NCBI RefSeq assembly: GCF_009817885.1
Contig: NZ_CP041764.1
Coordinates: forward strand, 4,436,834-4,460,833
Length of the DNA stretch: 24,000 bases
Source: Serratia rhizosphaerae
GTDB lineage: Bacteria > Pseudomonadota > Gammaproteobacteria > Enterobacterales > Enterobacteriaceae
Reading direction: 5' to 3'
Each line of letters opens with the position of its first letter. Position 1 is the stretch's first letter. The translations under genes and the position numbers were made by a program. A model generated the notes under the pieces. The model had not been told where the DNA came from. It did no database searches and worked only from the letters and a program-made list of their open reading frames with translations. Of the stretch, positions 1-9,615 are shown piece by piece.

Positions 1-360
1 CATCCACTTGTCCAGCGGCAGCCAGGCAGGGAAACTGACGAAAAAGTCACAGGTATTGAACGGTGAAGGGTGCAGCATAATCATGGTGTGCTTCCACGCC
101 AGCTGCAGCCCTTCCCAGGCGCTGTAGATCCACAGCAGGATGGCGGCGTAGCGCAGTGGCGTTTTCGGTGCCATTGCCCCTAACAGAGAGGCGCCCAGAA
201 TGCCAAACAGCGCGCAGCGCTCATAAATACACATCACGCAAGGTTGCAGCAGCATAACGTGCTGGAAATAGAGCGCAGCCAATTCCAGCGCCAGCGCGGT
301 GATAGCCATCAACAGCCAGGCGCGGCGTCCTTGTGAGCAGCGCTTAAAGAATCGCAACAT
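1..360 (-). CDS. dsbB: Disulfide bond formation protein B, first 120 codons; 3' end runs off the left window edge
   Basis: Not in the ORF track because no stop lies in the window. Manual minus-strand translation from ATG at 360..358 gives [120 protein letters not shown]. It has the CVMC redox pair and closely matches enterobacterial DsbB as I recall it. It lies downstream of nhaB as in E. coli. Confidence 0.9.
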   Translation of the reverse strand, partial: MLRFFKRCSQGRRAWLLMAITALALELAALYFQHVMLLQPCVMCIYERCALFGILGASLLGAMAPKTPLRYAAILLWIYSAWEGLQLAWKHTMIMLHPSPFNTCDFFVSFPAWLPLDKWM

Positions 361-420
361 ATTTTGAGTCTTCCATGCAGTAAGCAATTGAACCGGCAGT
401 GTAAACCACAATTCAACCGT

Positions 421-471
421 GTTGCCAGCCATCAGAGACCCTTTTCGCGGTAACAAAGTATGGCTGGCAAC
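421..471. other. Perfect 12-bp inverted repeat (GTTGCCAGCCAT / ATGGCTGGCAAC) with a 27-nt loop between nhaB and dsbB
   Basis: Read directly: arms at 421-432 and 460-471. No U-run follows on the minus strand, so it is not a canonical terminator. Confidence 0.5.
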
Positions 472-487
472 GTCGCGGGGCGCTGAA

Positions 488-2059
488 TCAGTGCCCCGCA
501 GCCTCCAGATGCGGCAGCGAGAGCCAGTGCCACTGCGTCAGCAGATCGGTTACGGGGGCCAGGGTAAACTCAACGCACAGCAGGCCGACCAGCGCCAGAA
601 CGATGGTATATGGCAGCGCCATCCAGACCATGCGTCCATAGGAAAGGCGCACCAGCGGCGCCAGCGCCGAGGTCAGCAGGAACAGAAACGCCGCCTGTCC
701 GTTTGGCGTAGCGACCGAAGGCAGGTTGGTGCCGGTGTTGATCGCCACCGCCAGCATTTCAAACTGCTTCAGCGAAATGGCGCCGCTGGTGAGGGCGGCT
801 TTGGCTTCGTTGATATAGACCGTGCCGACAAAGACGTTATCGGAAACCGCCGACAGCAGGCCGTTAAACACGTAGAACAGCATCAGCTGCGCCGACGGCT
901 CGGCCTGCAGCACAAACGCGATAACCGGACTAAACAGATGCTGCTCGATGATTACGGCCACCACGGTGAAAAATACCGTCAGCAGGGCGGTGAACGGCAG
1001 GGCTTCCTGGAAGGCCTTGCCGATGGCATGTTCGTCGGTTACGCCGCACAGCGAGGTGGCGAGAATAATGACCGACAGGCCAATCAGACCGACCTCCGCC
1101 AGATGCAGAGCCAGCGCCGCCACCAGCCAGATGCCGATCAGCGCCTGCACCACCAGTTTGACTTTTTCCTGGCGGTTGCGCTTGGCGCTGGCCTGGCGGT
1201 CAAACTCGGTCAATACTTCGCGCACGCGCTCAGGCAGTTGCGCACCATAGCCGAAAACGCCAAAGCGCTCCACCAGCAGACACACCGCCAGGCCGCATAC
1301 AAAGACCGGCAGGGTGACCGGCGCCATGCGCAGGAAGAAATCAATAAAGCCCCAGCCGGCGCTTTTGGCGATAATCAGGTTCTGCGGTTCGCCGACCATG
1401 GTCATCACGCCGCCGAGCGCGGTGCCGACGCCGGCGTGCATCAGCAGGCTGCGCAGAAAGGCGCGGAATTGTTCCAGCGTCTGTTTGCGGTCATCGCCGT
1501 CGATGCCGCTGTCGTCGTTCACGTTATGTGCGTCTTCCGGCTGGTTGGAGGCGACATTGTGGTAGATAGAATAAAAACCGCTGGCGACGCTAATCACCAC
1601 GGCGACGACCGTCAGGGCGTCAAGAAACGCCGAGAGCACCGCCGCTGCCAGACAGAACGCCAGCGACAGCAGCATTTTGGAGCGGATATTCAGCAGCAGC
1701 TTGGTAAATACGAACAGCAGCAGCTGTTTCATAAAGTAGATGCCGGCCACCATAAAGATCAGCAGCAGCAGCACTTCAATATTGTTGGCGATCTCTTCAC
1801 CGACGTGCGCCGGGCTGGTCATGCCGATAGCTACCGCCTCCAGCGCCAGCAGGCCGCCGGGCTGTAGCGGGTAGCACTTGAGCGCCATCGCCAGGGTGAA
1901 GATGAACTCCGCGACCAGCAGCCAGCCGGCAGCGAAGGGGCTTATCAGGAAAAAGACCAGCGGATTGATAACCAAAAATATCAGGATGGTTAATTTATAC
2001 CAGTCAGGGGATTGGCCGAGAAAATTTTTCACAACGGCGCTGCGTGCTGTCATTTCCAT
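488..2059 (-). CDS. nhaB: Na+/H+ antiporter NhaB
   Basis: 523-aa ORF. Near full-length similarity to E. coli NhaB ([59 protein letters not shown]). Polytopic membrane protein. The start could be the ATG two codons downstream. Confidence 0.95.
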   Translation of the reverse strand: MEMTARSAVVKNFLGQSPDWYKLTILIFLVINPLVFFLISPFAAGWLLVAEFIFTLAMALKCYPLQPGGLLALEAVAIGMTSPAHVGEEIANNIEVLLLLIFMVAGIYFMKQLLLFVFTKLLLNIRSKMLLSLAFCLAAAVLSAFLDALTVVAVVISVASGFYSIYHNVASNQPEDAHNVNDDSGIDGDDRKQTLEQFRAFLRSLLMHAGVGTALGGVMTMVGEPQNLIIAKSAGWGFIDFFLRMAPVTLPVFVCGLAVCLLVERFGVFGYGAQLPERVREVLTEFDRQASAKRNRQEKVKLVVQALIGIWLVAALALHLAEVGLIGLSVIILATSLCGVTDEHAIGKAFQEALPFTALLTVFFTVVAVIIEQHLFSPVIAFVLQAEPSAQLMLFYVFNGLLSAVSDNVFVGTVYINEAKAALTSGAISLKQFEMLAVAINTGTNLPSVATPNGQAAFLFLLTSALAPLVRLSYGRMVWMALPYTIVLALVGLLCVEFTLAPVTDLLTQWHWLSLPHLEAAGH

Positions 2060-2227
2060 ATATGTCTTACTACCTTGAAGAAAAATTGTTGCTACCCTAC
2101 CAACGCCGACGGTTGCGATGCAACTGCGGCAGAAATTTCAACCTAAAATTCATGGGTTTCGCCGTTTTCGACTGTTTTTTGCCAGGTTATGCACACTTTC
2201 GTTTATAGTTTCCCGCTCGCACTATGT

Positions 2228-2256
2228 CATACCAGCATGATCTGGTATGATCAGCG
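2228..2256. promoter_or_regulatory. Overlapping palindromes / FadR-operator-like site in the fadR upstream region
   Basis: CATACCAG-catgat-CTGGTATG is a perfect 8-bp inverted repeat (2228-2249). ATCTGGTATGATCAGCG (2240-2256) matches the fadB FadR operator as I recall it (ATCTGGTACGACCAGAT) at 13 of 17 positions and overlaps a TATGAT -10-like hexamer (2246-2251). It lies 42-58 nt upstream of the fadR ATG. Confidence 0.4.
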
Positions 2257-2297
2257 GACTACTATTACTGATATCGTTGCAACGGAACGTCAAACAC

Positions 2298-3017
2298 ATG
2301 GTCATTAAGGCACAGAGTCCAGCCGGTTTTGCGGAAGAGTACATTATTGAAAGTATTTGGAATAATCGCTTCCCTCCTGGCTCTATTTTGCCCGCGGAGC
2401 GTGAGCTATCTGAACTGATAGGCGTCACGCGCACCACGTTACGCGAGGTTTTACAGCGTTTGGCGCGCGATGGCTGGCTGACGATTCAGCACGGCAAACC
2501 GACCAAAGTGAATAACTTTTGGGAAACATCCGGCCTCAACATTCTGGAAACGCTGGCGCGCCTCGATCATAACAGCGTCCCGCAGTTGATCGATAATTTA
2601 TTGTCGGTGCGCACCAATATTGCCTCTATCTTTATCCGCTCTGCGGTGCGCAACCACCCTGAGGAAGCGCAGGCCGTCCTGGCGAAGGCGTCGGAGGTTG
2701 AAGATCAGGCCGAGGCGTTCAATACGCTGGATTATGAAATTTTCCGCGGTCTGGCCTTTGTGTCCGGCAATCCGATTTACGGGCTGATTTTCAACGGCCT
2801 GAAAGGGCTGTATACCCGCGTTGGCCGCTACTACTTCTCCAACCCGGAAGCGCGCAAGCTGGCACGTACGTTCTACAGCAAACTGTCGATGCTGTGCCAT
2901 GAGAAAATGTACGACCAGGTGATGGATACGGTGCGTAATTATGGCAAGGAGAGCGGCGCGATCTGGCAGAGTATGCAAGGTACCATGCCGAGCGATCTGA
3001 CCGAAGTGCGTCGTTAA
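2298..3017 (+). CDS. fadR: Fatty acid metabolism regulator FadR (GntR family)
   Basis: ORF 2247..3017 trimmed to the ATG at 2298, giving 239 aa as in E. coli Fad[62 protein letters not shown] is nearly identical to the E. coli FadR wHTH. Confidence 0.96.
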   Translation: MVIKAQSPAGFAEEYIIESIWNNRFPPGSILPAERELSELIGVTRTTLREVLQRLARDGWLTIQHGKPTKVNNFWETSGLNILETLARLDHNSVPQLIDNLLSVRTNIASIFIRSAVRNHPEEAQAVLAKASEVEDQAEAFNTLDYEIFRGLAFVSGNPIYGLIFNGLKGLYTRVGRYYFSNPEARKLARTFYSKLSMLCHEKMYDQVMDTVRNYGKESGAIWQSMQGTMPSDLTEVRR

Positions 3018-3041
3018 CGACCCGTCGTATAGACAAACAAC

Positions 3042-3067
3042 AAAAGGGCGCATCTTGCGCCCTTTTT
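3042..3067. terminator. Bidirectional rho-independent terminator between convergent fadR and ycgB
   Basis: aaaAGGGCGCAtctTGCGCCCTtttt: a 9-bp GC-rich stem flanked by an A-run and a T-run. Confidence 0.85.
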
Positions 3068-3075
3068 GCTGCCTG

Positions 3076-4611
3076 TTATAGCGCGCTGGGGCGCGGAGGA
3101 CAGCGTTCCAGCAGTTCGACGCTGCCGTCTTCGTTTTGCTGTTCCAGAATCACGTCGAACCCCCACAGCCGGTACACATGTTTCATCACCTCGCGGCGGC
3201 TTTTATCCAGCGGCGCGCGTTCCTGTGGCACATAGCGCAACGTCAATGAACGGTCGCCGCGCAGATCAACGTTCCAGACCTGGATGTTGGGTTCGTGATT
3301 GCTCAGGTTGTACTGTGCCGACAGCTCTTGGCGAATCGCCCGATATCCCGCCTCATTGTGGATGGCCGAAATCTCCAGATAGTTGTTACGGTCGTCATCC
3401 AGCACGGTGAACAGGCGGAAGTCGCGCATCAGTTTCGGCGACAGGAACTGGCTGATAAAGCTTTCGTCCTTAAAGTCGCGCATGGCGAAATGCAGCGTTT
3501 CCAGCCAGTCTTTGCCGGCAAAGTCCGGGAACCAGTAGCGATCTTCTTCCGTCGGCGACTGACAGATGCGCTTGATATCCTGGAACATGGCGAAGCCCAG
3601 CGCATACGGGTTAATGCCGTTGTAATAGGGGCTATTGTAAGGCGGCTGATACACCACGTTGGTGTGGCTGTGCAGGAACTCCAGCATAAAGCGTTCGCTG
3701 ACGCGGCCTTCGTCATACAGATGGTTGAGTATGGTGTAATGCCAGAAGGTGGCCCAGCCTTCGTTCATCACCTGCGTCTGCTTTTGCGGGTAGAAATACT
3801 GGCTGACCTTGCGCACAATGCGCAGGATTTCCCGTTGCCACGGCTCCAGCAGCGGGGCGTTTTTTTCCATAAAGTAGAGAATATTTTCCTGCGGCTCGCT
3901 GGGGTAACGACGTTCTTGCTCCGGTGCGTCTTCGCGTTCGACGCGCGGCAGCGTTTTCCACAGTGAGTTCACCTGGCTTTGCAGATACTCTTCCCGGCTT
4001 TTTTGGCGGGCTTTTTCTTCCTGCAGCGAAATCTTTTGCGGACGTTTATAGCGGTCTACGCCGTAATTCATCAGCGCGTGGCAGGAGTCGAGCAGCTTCT
4101 CCACTTCTTCTACGCCGTAGCGTTCTTCACATTCGCTGATGTAATGGCGGGCGAACAGCAGGTAATCGACGATGGAGCTGGCGTCGGTCCAGCTGCGGAA
4201 CAGGTAGTTGTTCTTGAAGAATGAGTTGTGCCCATAGCAGGCATGCGCCATCACCAGCGCCTGCATGGTGATGGTGTTTTCTTCCATCAGGTAAGCGATA
4301 CACGGGTTGGAATTGATGACGATTTCATAGGCCAGTCCCTGTTGCCCATGTTTATAGAGCTGCTCGGTCTCGATAAATTTTTTACCGAATGACCAGTGTG
4401 TGTAGTTAATCGGCATCCCGACGCTGGAGTATGCATCCATCATCTGTTCAGAGGTGATGACCTCGATTTGGTGCGGATAGGTATCCAGTTTGTAGTGTTT
4501 GGCGACGCGGTCGATCTGCTCCAGATAGACCTGCAGCAGCTCAAACGTCCAGTCTGGTCCATCGCTCAGACGTTTTTCATCCATAATTTGATCATGTGTT
4601 GAAGTTGTCAT
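3076..4611 (-). CDS. ycgB: SpoVR-family protein YcgB
   Basis: 511-aa ORF, the same length class as E. coli YcgB (510 aa). Conserved blocks include HWSFGKKF, LAYEIVINSNPCIAYLMEENT, MAHACYGHNSFFKNN and MNEGWATFWHY. SD GAGGG lies upstream of the ATG. Confidence 0.93.
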   Translation of the reverse strand: MTTSTHDQIMDEKRLSDGPDWTFELLQVYLEQIDRVAKHYKLDTYPHQIEVITSEQMMDAYSSVGMPINYTHWSFGKKFIETEQLYKHGQQGLAYEIVINSNPCIAYLMEENTITMQALVMAHACYGHNSFFKNNYLFRSWTDASSIVDYLLFARHYISECEERYGVEEVEKLLDSCHALMNYGVDRYKRPQKISLQEEKARQKSREEYLQSQVNSLWKTLPRVEREDAPEQERRYPSEPQENILYFMEKNAPLLEPWQREILRIVRKVSQYFYPQKQTQVMNEGWATFWHYTILNHLYDEGRVSERFMLEFLHSHTNVVYQPPYNSPYYNGINPYALGFAMFQDIKRICQSPTEEDRYWFPDFAGKDWLETLHFAMRDFKDESFISQFLSPKLMRDFRLFTVLDDDRNNYLEISAIHNEAGYRAIRQELSAQYNLSNHEPNIQVWNVDLRGDRSLTLRYVPQERAPLDKSRREVMKHVYRLWGFDVILEQQNEDGSVELLERCPPRPSAL

Positions 4612-5024
4612 CAGCGCACCCTCGTTTTGTACGGGCCAGGCTCATTACGGCGGCCCTTAATCAATCGTAGCTCAAAAAAGAACGGGGCGAGGGGGTTATA
4701 AAGTCTAAAAATTCAACGTCCTGTCTGAACTTAACGGGAGGAGCGGATAGCGGGTGAGTTTTTTCTGCTGTTTTACCGCCGATGCGCCATCGCATGATGT
4801 GTTGTGTTTTTCCTTGTTTTGTAGATTAATGCTCTGTTTTATGTCTTGGGGTTGATTTTATATTCTGTTAACGACCTGTTGCACATTAGAGCAATTTTTA
4901 GTGACTGCATTGCAGTCATTGATTTCATTAAGGGGCGGTATTCTCTCCGGGAACCGGCTTTCACCGCAGGTTATCGCTATTTAAATCCGCCTATTGCAAA
5001 AGGAAGCGGCTTGAACGATAAATT

Positions 5025-5046
5025 AATTGTGAAATCTGTCACGATT
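5025..5046. promoter_or_regulatory. CRP (cAMP receptor protein) binding site upstream of dadA
   Basis: aatTGTGAaatctgTCACGatt gives 9 of 10 core positions of TGTGA-N6-TCACA. It is centred about 100 nt upstream of the dadA ATG. The dad operon is CRP-activated in E. coli. Confidence 0.75.
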
Positions 5047-5137
5047 AAAAACTAATTTGTTGGATGGTTTTTTCTACTGAGTTAATTTGCCGTCAACAGA
5101 AGATTATGCTTTGTTAAATCTCGGGCTGGAGTCAGTG

Positions 5138-6442
5138 ATGCGAGTGTTGATTTTAGGTAGTGGAGTGGTTGGCGTAGCCAGCGCCTGGTATCTGGCGAAA
5201 GCCGGGCATGAAGTGACGGTGGTCGATCGTCAACCGGGGCCGGCGCTGGAAACCAGCGCCGCCAACGCCGGTCAGATCTCGCCGGGTTATGCTGCGCCAT
5301 GGGCCGCGCCCGGCGTACCGCTGAAGGCCATCAAATGGATGTTCCAGCGCCACGCGCCGCTGGCTATCCGCCTGGACGGTACCGGTTTTCAGATCAACTG
5401 GATGTGGCAGATGCTGAAAAACTGCAACACGTCCCATTATGCCACCAACAAAGGGCGGATGGTGCGTCTGGCGGAGTACAGCCGCGACTGCATCAAGGCG
5501 CTGCGTCAGGAAACCGGCATTGAATACGAAGGGCGCCAGCGCGGCACGTTGCAACTGTTTCGTTCACAGCAGCAGTTTGAGAATGCGGCGAAAGATATTG
5601 CGGTATTGGAAGACGCCGGCGTGCCTTACAAACTGCTGGAGTCCAGCCAGTTGGCCACGGCGGAGCCGGCTTTGGCGCAGGTGGCGCACAAGTTGACCGG
5701 CGGTCTGCAACTGCCGAATGATGAAACCGGCGATTGCCAGCTGTTTACCCAGCGTTTGGCCAAGATGGCGGAACAGGCGGGCGTGACCTTCCTGTATGAC
5801 CAGCATGTTGACCGTTTGCTGGTGGACGGCGATAAAATCACCGGCGTACAGTGCGGTGCGCAGACCCTGACGGCGGACAGCTATGTGGTGGCTTTCGGCT
5901 CTTATTCGACCGCGCTGTTGCGCGGGCTGGTGGCGATTCCGGTTTATCCGCTGAAAGGCTACTCGCTGACTATCCCGATTACCGATGAGGCGGCGGCGCC
6001 GTACTCAACGGTGCTGGATGAAACCTATAAAGTCGCTATTACCCGCTTTGACCAGCGCATTCGCGTTGGTGGTATGGCGGAAATCGTCGGCTTTAATACC
6101 GAACTGGAGCAGAAGCGACGTGAGACGCTGGAGATGGTGGTGCGCGATCTGTATCCCAACGGCGGTCAGGTTGAACAGGCGACATTCTGGACCGGCCTGC
6201 GGCCGATGACGCCGGATGGTACGCCGATTGTCGGCCGCACCTCATTGAAGAACCTGTACCTCAATACCGGCCATGGTACGCTGGGGTGGACGATGGCCTG
6301 CGGTTCCGGCCAGCTGCTTGCCGACCTGATCTCCGGCATCACGCCGGCGATCCCATTTGACGATCTCTCCGTGGCGCGTTACAGCGGTGGTGTGACCCAT
6401 TCGCGGCGTGCACCGCTGAACGACGTGCATCCGGCACGTTAA
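5138..6442 (+). CDS. dadA: D-amino acid dehydrogenase small subunit DadA (FAD-dependent)
   Basis: ORF 5087..6442 trimmed to the ATG at 5138, preceded by [38 protein letters not shown] is the GxGxxG FAD fold. High similarity to E. coli DadA throughout; 434 aa. Confidence 0.96.
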   Translation: MRVLILGSGVVGVASAWYLAKAGHEVTVVDRQPGPALETSAANAGQISPGYAAPWAAPGVPLKAIKWMFQRHAPLAIRLDGTGFQINWMWQMLKNCNTSHYATNKGRMVRLAEYSRDCIKALRQETGIEYEGRQRGTLQLFRSQQQFENAAKDIAVLEDAGVPYKLLESSQLATAEPALAQVAHKLTGGLQLPNDETGDCQLFTQRLAKMAEQAGVTFLYDQHVDRLLVDGDKITGVQCGAQTLTADSYVVAFGSYSTALLRGLVAIPVYPLKGYSLTIPITDEAAAPYSTVLDETYKVAITRFDQRIRVGGMAEIVGFNTELEQKRRETLEMVVRDLYPNGGQVEQATFWTGLRPMTPDGTPIVGRTSLKNLYLNTGHGTLGWTMACGSGQLLADLISGITPAIPFDDLSVARYSGGVTHSRRAPLNDVHPAR

Positions 6443-6451
6443 TCCTAACGA

Positions 6452-6478
6452 CCGGCCGCAGCGGCAGACTGCGGCCGG
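6452..6478 (+). other. Intercistronic GC-rich stem-loop between dadA and dadX
   Basis: CCGGCCGCAG-cggcaga-CTGCGGCCGG: a perfect 10-bp stem with no U-run after it. It ends 25 nt before the dadX ATG. Confidence 0.6.
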
Positions 6479-6503
6479 CGTCAAACCGGCTGAAGGAGAG
6501 CCC

Positions 6504-7577
6504 ATGCCCCGCCCAATTACCGCAACGCTGCACCTGGCGGCGTTCGACAACAACTTGCAGGTTATTCGCCGCCACGCGCCCGGCGCGAAAGTCTGGTCGG
6601 TGGTGAAGGCTAATGCCTATGGCCACGGCATTAAACACGTCTGGCGCAGCCTGGCGAATACCGATGGCTTTGCGTTACTGGATCTGGCGGAAGCGGTGCT
6701 GCTGCGCGAGTCCGGCTGGCAGGGGCCGATTCTGCTGCTGGAGGGTTTTTTTCAGCCGGCGGATTTGGCGCTGATCGATCGCTATCAGCTGACCACCGCC
6801 GTACACTGCGACTGGCAGCTGGCGGCCATCGCCGATGCGCGTCTGACGGCGCCGCTGAATATTTATCTGAAGCTGAATAGCGGCATGAACCGGCTGGGTT
6901 TTGCGCCCGATCGGATACGCAGCGTCTGGCAACGGGCGCAGGGGATTGCCAATATCGGCGCCATGACGCTGATGAGCCACTTCGCGACTGCCGATGAGCC
7001 ACGCGGCGTGGTGCAGCAAATGGCGACCATTGATCGCGCGGTGGCGGATCTGCCGCTGCCGCGTTGTCTGGCCAATTCGGCGGCGACGCTGTGGCATCCG
7101 GATACGCACGGCAGTTGGGTGCGGCCGGGCATTATCTTGTACGGCGCATCGCCGAGCGGCAATTCGGCCGATATAGCCGCCACGGGACTCCAGGCGACGA
7201 TGTCATTGCGCAGTGAGATTATCGCGGTGCAGACGCTAAAATCCGGCGACAGCGTCGGCTATGGCTGGCGCTATACCGCCAGTGCCGTACAGCGGATCGG
7301 CATTGTCGCCTGCGGCTATGCCGACGGTTATCCGCGCCATGCGCAGAGCGGCACGCCTATCTGGGTTGACGGCGTATTGACGCGCACCGTAGGTACGGTA
7401 TCGATGGATATGCTGGCGGTGGACCTGACGCCGTGCCCGCAGGCGGCTATCGGTGCCGAGGTGGAATTGTGGGGGCGGCATTTGCCGGTGGATGACGTGG
7501 CCGCCGCAGCCGGTACCCTGGGGTACGAGCTGCTGACGGCATTGACGCCGCGGGTGCCGGTGGAGACCGGCGCATAA
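6504..7577 (+). CDS. dadX: Catabolic alanine racemase DadX (PLP-dependent)
   Basis: 357 aa. [10 protein letters not shown] is the PLP-lysine motif. [35 protein letters not shown] and [18 protein letters not shown] match E. coli DadX. SD GAAGGAG upstream. Confidence 0.96.
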   Translation: MPRPITATLHLAAFDNNLQVIRRHAPGAKVWSVVKANAYGHGIKHVWRSLANTDGFALLDLAEAVLLRESGWQGPILLLEGFFQPADLALIDRYQLTTAVHCDWQLAAIADARLTAPLNIYLKLNSGMNRLGFAPDRIRSVWQRAQGIANIGAMTLMSHFATADEPRGVVQQMATIDRAVADLPLPRCLANSAATLWHPDTHGSWVRPGIILYGASPSGNSADIAATGLQATMSLRSEIIAVQTLKSGDSVGYGWRYTASAVQRIGIVACGYADGYPRHAQSGTPIWVDGVLTRTVGTVSMDMLAVDLTPCPQAAIGAEVELWGRHLPVDDVAAAAGTLGYELLTALTPRVPVETGA

Positions 7578-7579
7578 GC

Positions 7580-8773
7580 TCAGCCGATCCGGTTTAACTG
7601 TCCCTTTAATTGTTTACTGCGCTGCCGGGCGTGCAGCGCCAGTAAACAGCCTGCCGCCATCACCAGCGCCAGCGCCATTTTCGGCTGCAGAGGCAGCGCC
7701 ATCGCCAGTAGTCCCAGCGCCGCGCCGCCGGCCATCTGTACGAAACCGACCAGCGCAGAGGCTACTCCGGCCTCGTTGGAATACGGCTCCAGCGCATAGC
7801 TGGTGGCCGGGCCCATCACAAACGCCAGCCCGGCGCAGCCGATGGCAACCGGCAGCATATAGGCCAGCCAGTGGGTTTGCGCATCGGCCGTCAGGAAGGT
7901 GATATCAAACAGCAGGGCAAGGCACCCCAGCCCCATCAGCACGCCGCCGGTGGCCAGACAAAAAGGCCGGCCGACCTTGCGAATCACCCGGTTGGCGAAG
8001 AAGCTCACCAGCATAATCCAGAAACCGTTGGCGCCGAACGCCAGGGAAAATTGCAGCGGCGTCAGGCCGGCGGTGCCCATCAGCACATTAGGCGCCAGCG
8101 ACACGTAGGTGAGCGCCATGCCCATGGCCCCGGCATTGACCACGGCGAAAGAGAGAAAGCGTGACTGACGCAGGATCTGTGCGTACTGGCGTACGGGGAG
8201 TCCTTTTACCGGCCGCGTATCCGCCGGGCGGGTTTCCGGCAGGCGCAGAGCGATCAGCACGAAGACCAGCAGCGCGTAGCCGACCAGGAACCAGAAAGGG
8301 GCGCGCCAGCCAAACGCTTCCGCCAGTAATCCGCCCAACAGCGGCGCCAGCGCCGGGATAATATTCAGCGTACCGTTGAGGAAACCAAAGGCGCGCGCGG
8401 CATCGTCGCCGTTCATACGGTCGCGCACGCCGCTAAACGCCACTACGGCGGTGCAGCATACCGCGATGCCCTGCAGCAGGCGTGAGGCGATAAACAGCGT
8501 CGGGCTGTTGGCCAGCGCGGCCATGGCGGCGCCGATCATATACAGGATAATGCCGGCCAGTGCGACCGGCTTGCGCCCGTAGTTGTCGACCAGCGGCCCG
8601 GCGACGATCTGCCCCAGCCCCAGCACCAGAATAAACAGTGAAATGGTGGATTGGATCACTGCTTCGCTGCTGTTCAGGCCCAGAGCGATAGCCGGTATTG
8701 CCGGCAGGTAGAGGTCGATACCCAACGGGCCCAGCAAGACCAGGCTCAGCAGGAGAAGGAGAAATTTTTGCAT
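7580..8773 (-). CDS. MFS transporter, DHA1 Bcr/CflA/MdtL-like drug:H+ antiporter family
   Basis: ORF 7580..8794 begins at a TTG, so I favour the ATG at 8773 (MQKFLLLLLSLVLLGPLGIDLYLPAIP...). About 12 hydrophobic segments. MFS motif A is GPLVDNYGRKP. The N-terminal LGIDLYLPAIPxIAxxL pattern is typical of the Bcr/CflA subfamily. Substrate unknown. Confidence 0.85.
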   Translation of the reverse strand: MQKFLLLLLSLVLLGPLGIDLYLPAIPAIALGLNSSEAVIQSTISLFILVLGLGQIVAGPLVDNYGRKPVALAGIILYMIGAAMAALANSPTLFIASRLLQGIAVCCTAVVAFSGVRDRMNGDDAARAFGFLNGTLNIIPALAPLLGGLLAEAFGWRAPFWFLVGYALLVFVLIALRLPETRPADTRPVKGLPVRQYAQILRQSRFLSFAVVNAGAMGMALTYVSLAPNVLMGTAGLTPLQFSLAFGANGFWIMLVSFFANRVIRKVGRPFCLATGGVLMGLGCLALLFDITFLTADAQTHWLAYMLPVAIGCAGLAFVMGPATSYALEPYSNEAGVASALVGFVQMAGGAALGLLAMALPLQPKMALALVMAAGCLLALHARQRSKQLKGQLNRIG

Positions 8774-8911
8774 AATGAAAAATAGCACATCCAAGTGACA
8801 AAGTGGCTTAGGGTAGTGCCTTCGCAGTGAAATGGAAAGGGCGGTGCACCAGGTTGTTATACAGAGAGAGCGGCAGGCGCGATGCCGGCAGCGGAACAGC
8901 GCCTGTCCGGA

Positions 8912-9478
8912 TCAGGGCAGCAGTGCGGCATCGTGGCGGAAATAGCAGTTGGCCACCACGTCGGCGACATATCTGGCCTGATGCTTGGCATCGTCCAGCG
9001 CCCGGTGCGGCGTGCCTTCGAACGGCCGTAGCTTTTTGGGATTAAAGCCGTGCAGCTCTGCCAGCGTCACCAGGGTGCGGACATCCTGCGTGTGCCAAAA
9101 CTTCCACGGACAGGGCATCGCCAGCTGTTGGAAGGCGTGCTCCAGGATGGCGCAGTCAAACTCTTTGCCGTTGCCCCAGACTTTTACCGTGTCGCTGCTG
9201 TGCATATGAATAAAGCGGCTCAGGTTGGTCAGCACGCGCTTTAAGCTGTCGCTGCCGCCAAAGGCCAATTTACGCGCCTCATCGGATTGCCTGGCCCACC
9301 AGGCGACCGTGTCCAAACCGATCGTCCTGCCGTCCTGTTCTTTTTGCGGGCTGACGGCCGCTTCAAACTCCTCGCCCAGCCGACCGGTTTTCGGATCGAA
9401 AAATACGGCGGCAACCACCAGTATGACCGCGCTTGGCTTCACATCCAGCGTTTCTATATCCAACATCACATGGTGCAT
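8912..9478 (-). CDS. Stand-alone DEDDh 3'-5' exonuclease (Rv2179c-like / phage-type exoribonuclease fold)
   Basis: 188-aa ORF. Exo I is MLDIETLD, Exo II is VWGNGKEFDCAILEH, and Exo III is HRALDDAKHQARYV (H-x4-D). No other domain is present. The start may be the ATG four codons in (MLDIET). Confidence 0.8.
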   Translation of the reverse strand: MHHVMLDIETLDVKPSAVILVVAAVFFDPKTGRLGEEFEAAVSPQKEQDGRTIGLDTVAWWARQSDEARKLAFGGSDSLKRVLTNLSRFIHMHSSDTVKVWGNGKEFDCAILEHAFQQLAMPCPWKFWHTQDVRTLVTLAELHGFNPKKLRPFEGTPHRALDDAKHQARYVADVVANCYFRHDAALLP

Positions 9479-9615
9479 CAGGTTTCTCTGCTCGCCAAAA
9501 GAGAGTGACAGGATACTACAAAGCCGGCATTGCCGCGCAGCGTCAATTCCAGGCAGGCGAAAAAGGGCGAATCACGGTATGATACGCATAGGTTTTGTTG
9601 AAGGTGGCTGCCGGA

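Noticed and set aside
419-1867. 482-aa ORF on the plus strand antisense to nhaB
   Set aside because: It lies entirely inside and opposite a confidently identified, highly conserved gene. Its translation is low-complexity Arg/Gln/His/Ala-rich with no motif. Long stop-free antisense frames are expected in GC-rich coding DNA.
3295-3966. 223-aa plus-strand ORF and several 70-95-aa ORFs overlapping ycgB
   Set aside because: They are antisense or out-of-frame shadows of a conserved gene, with no motifs or translation signals.
4846-5055. 69-aa ORF in the ycgB-dadA spacer
   Set aside because: It has a TTG start with no SD, runs through the unexplained palindrome and the CRP site, and has no recognisable features. 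It is most likely regulatory DNA.
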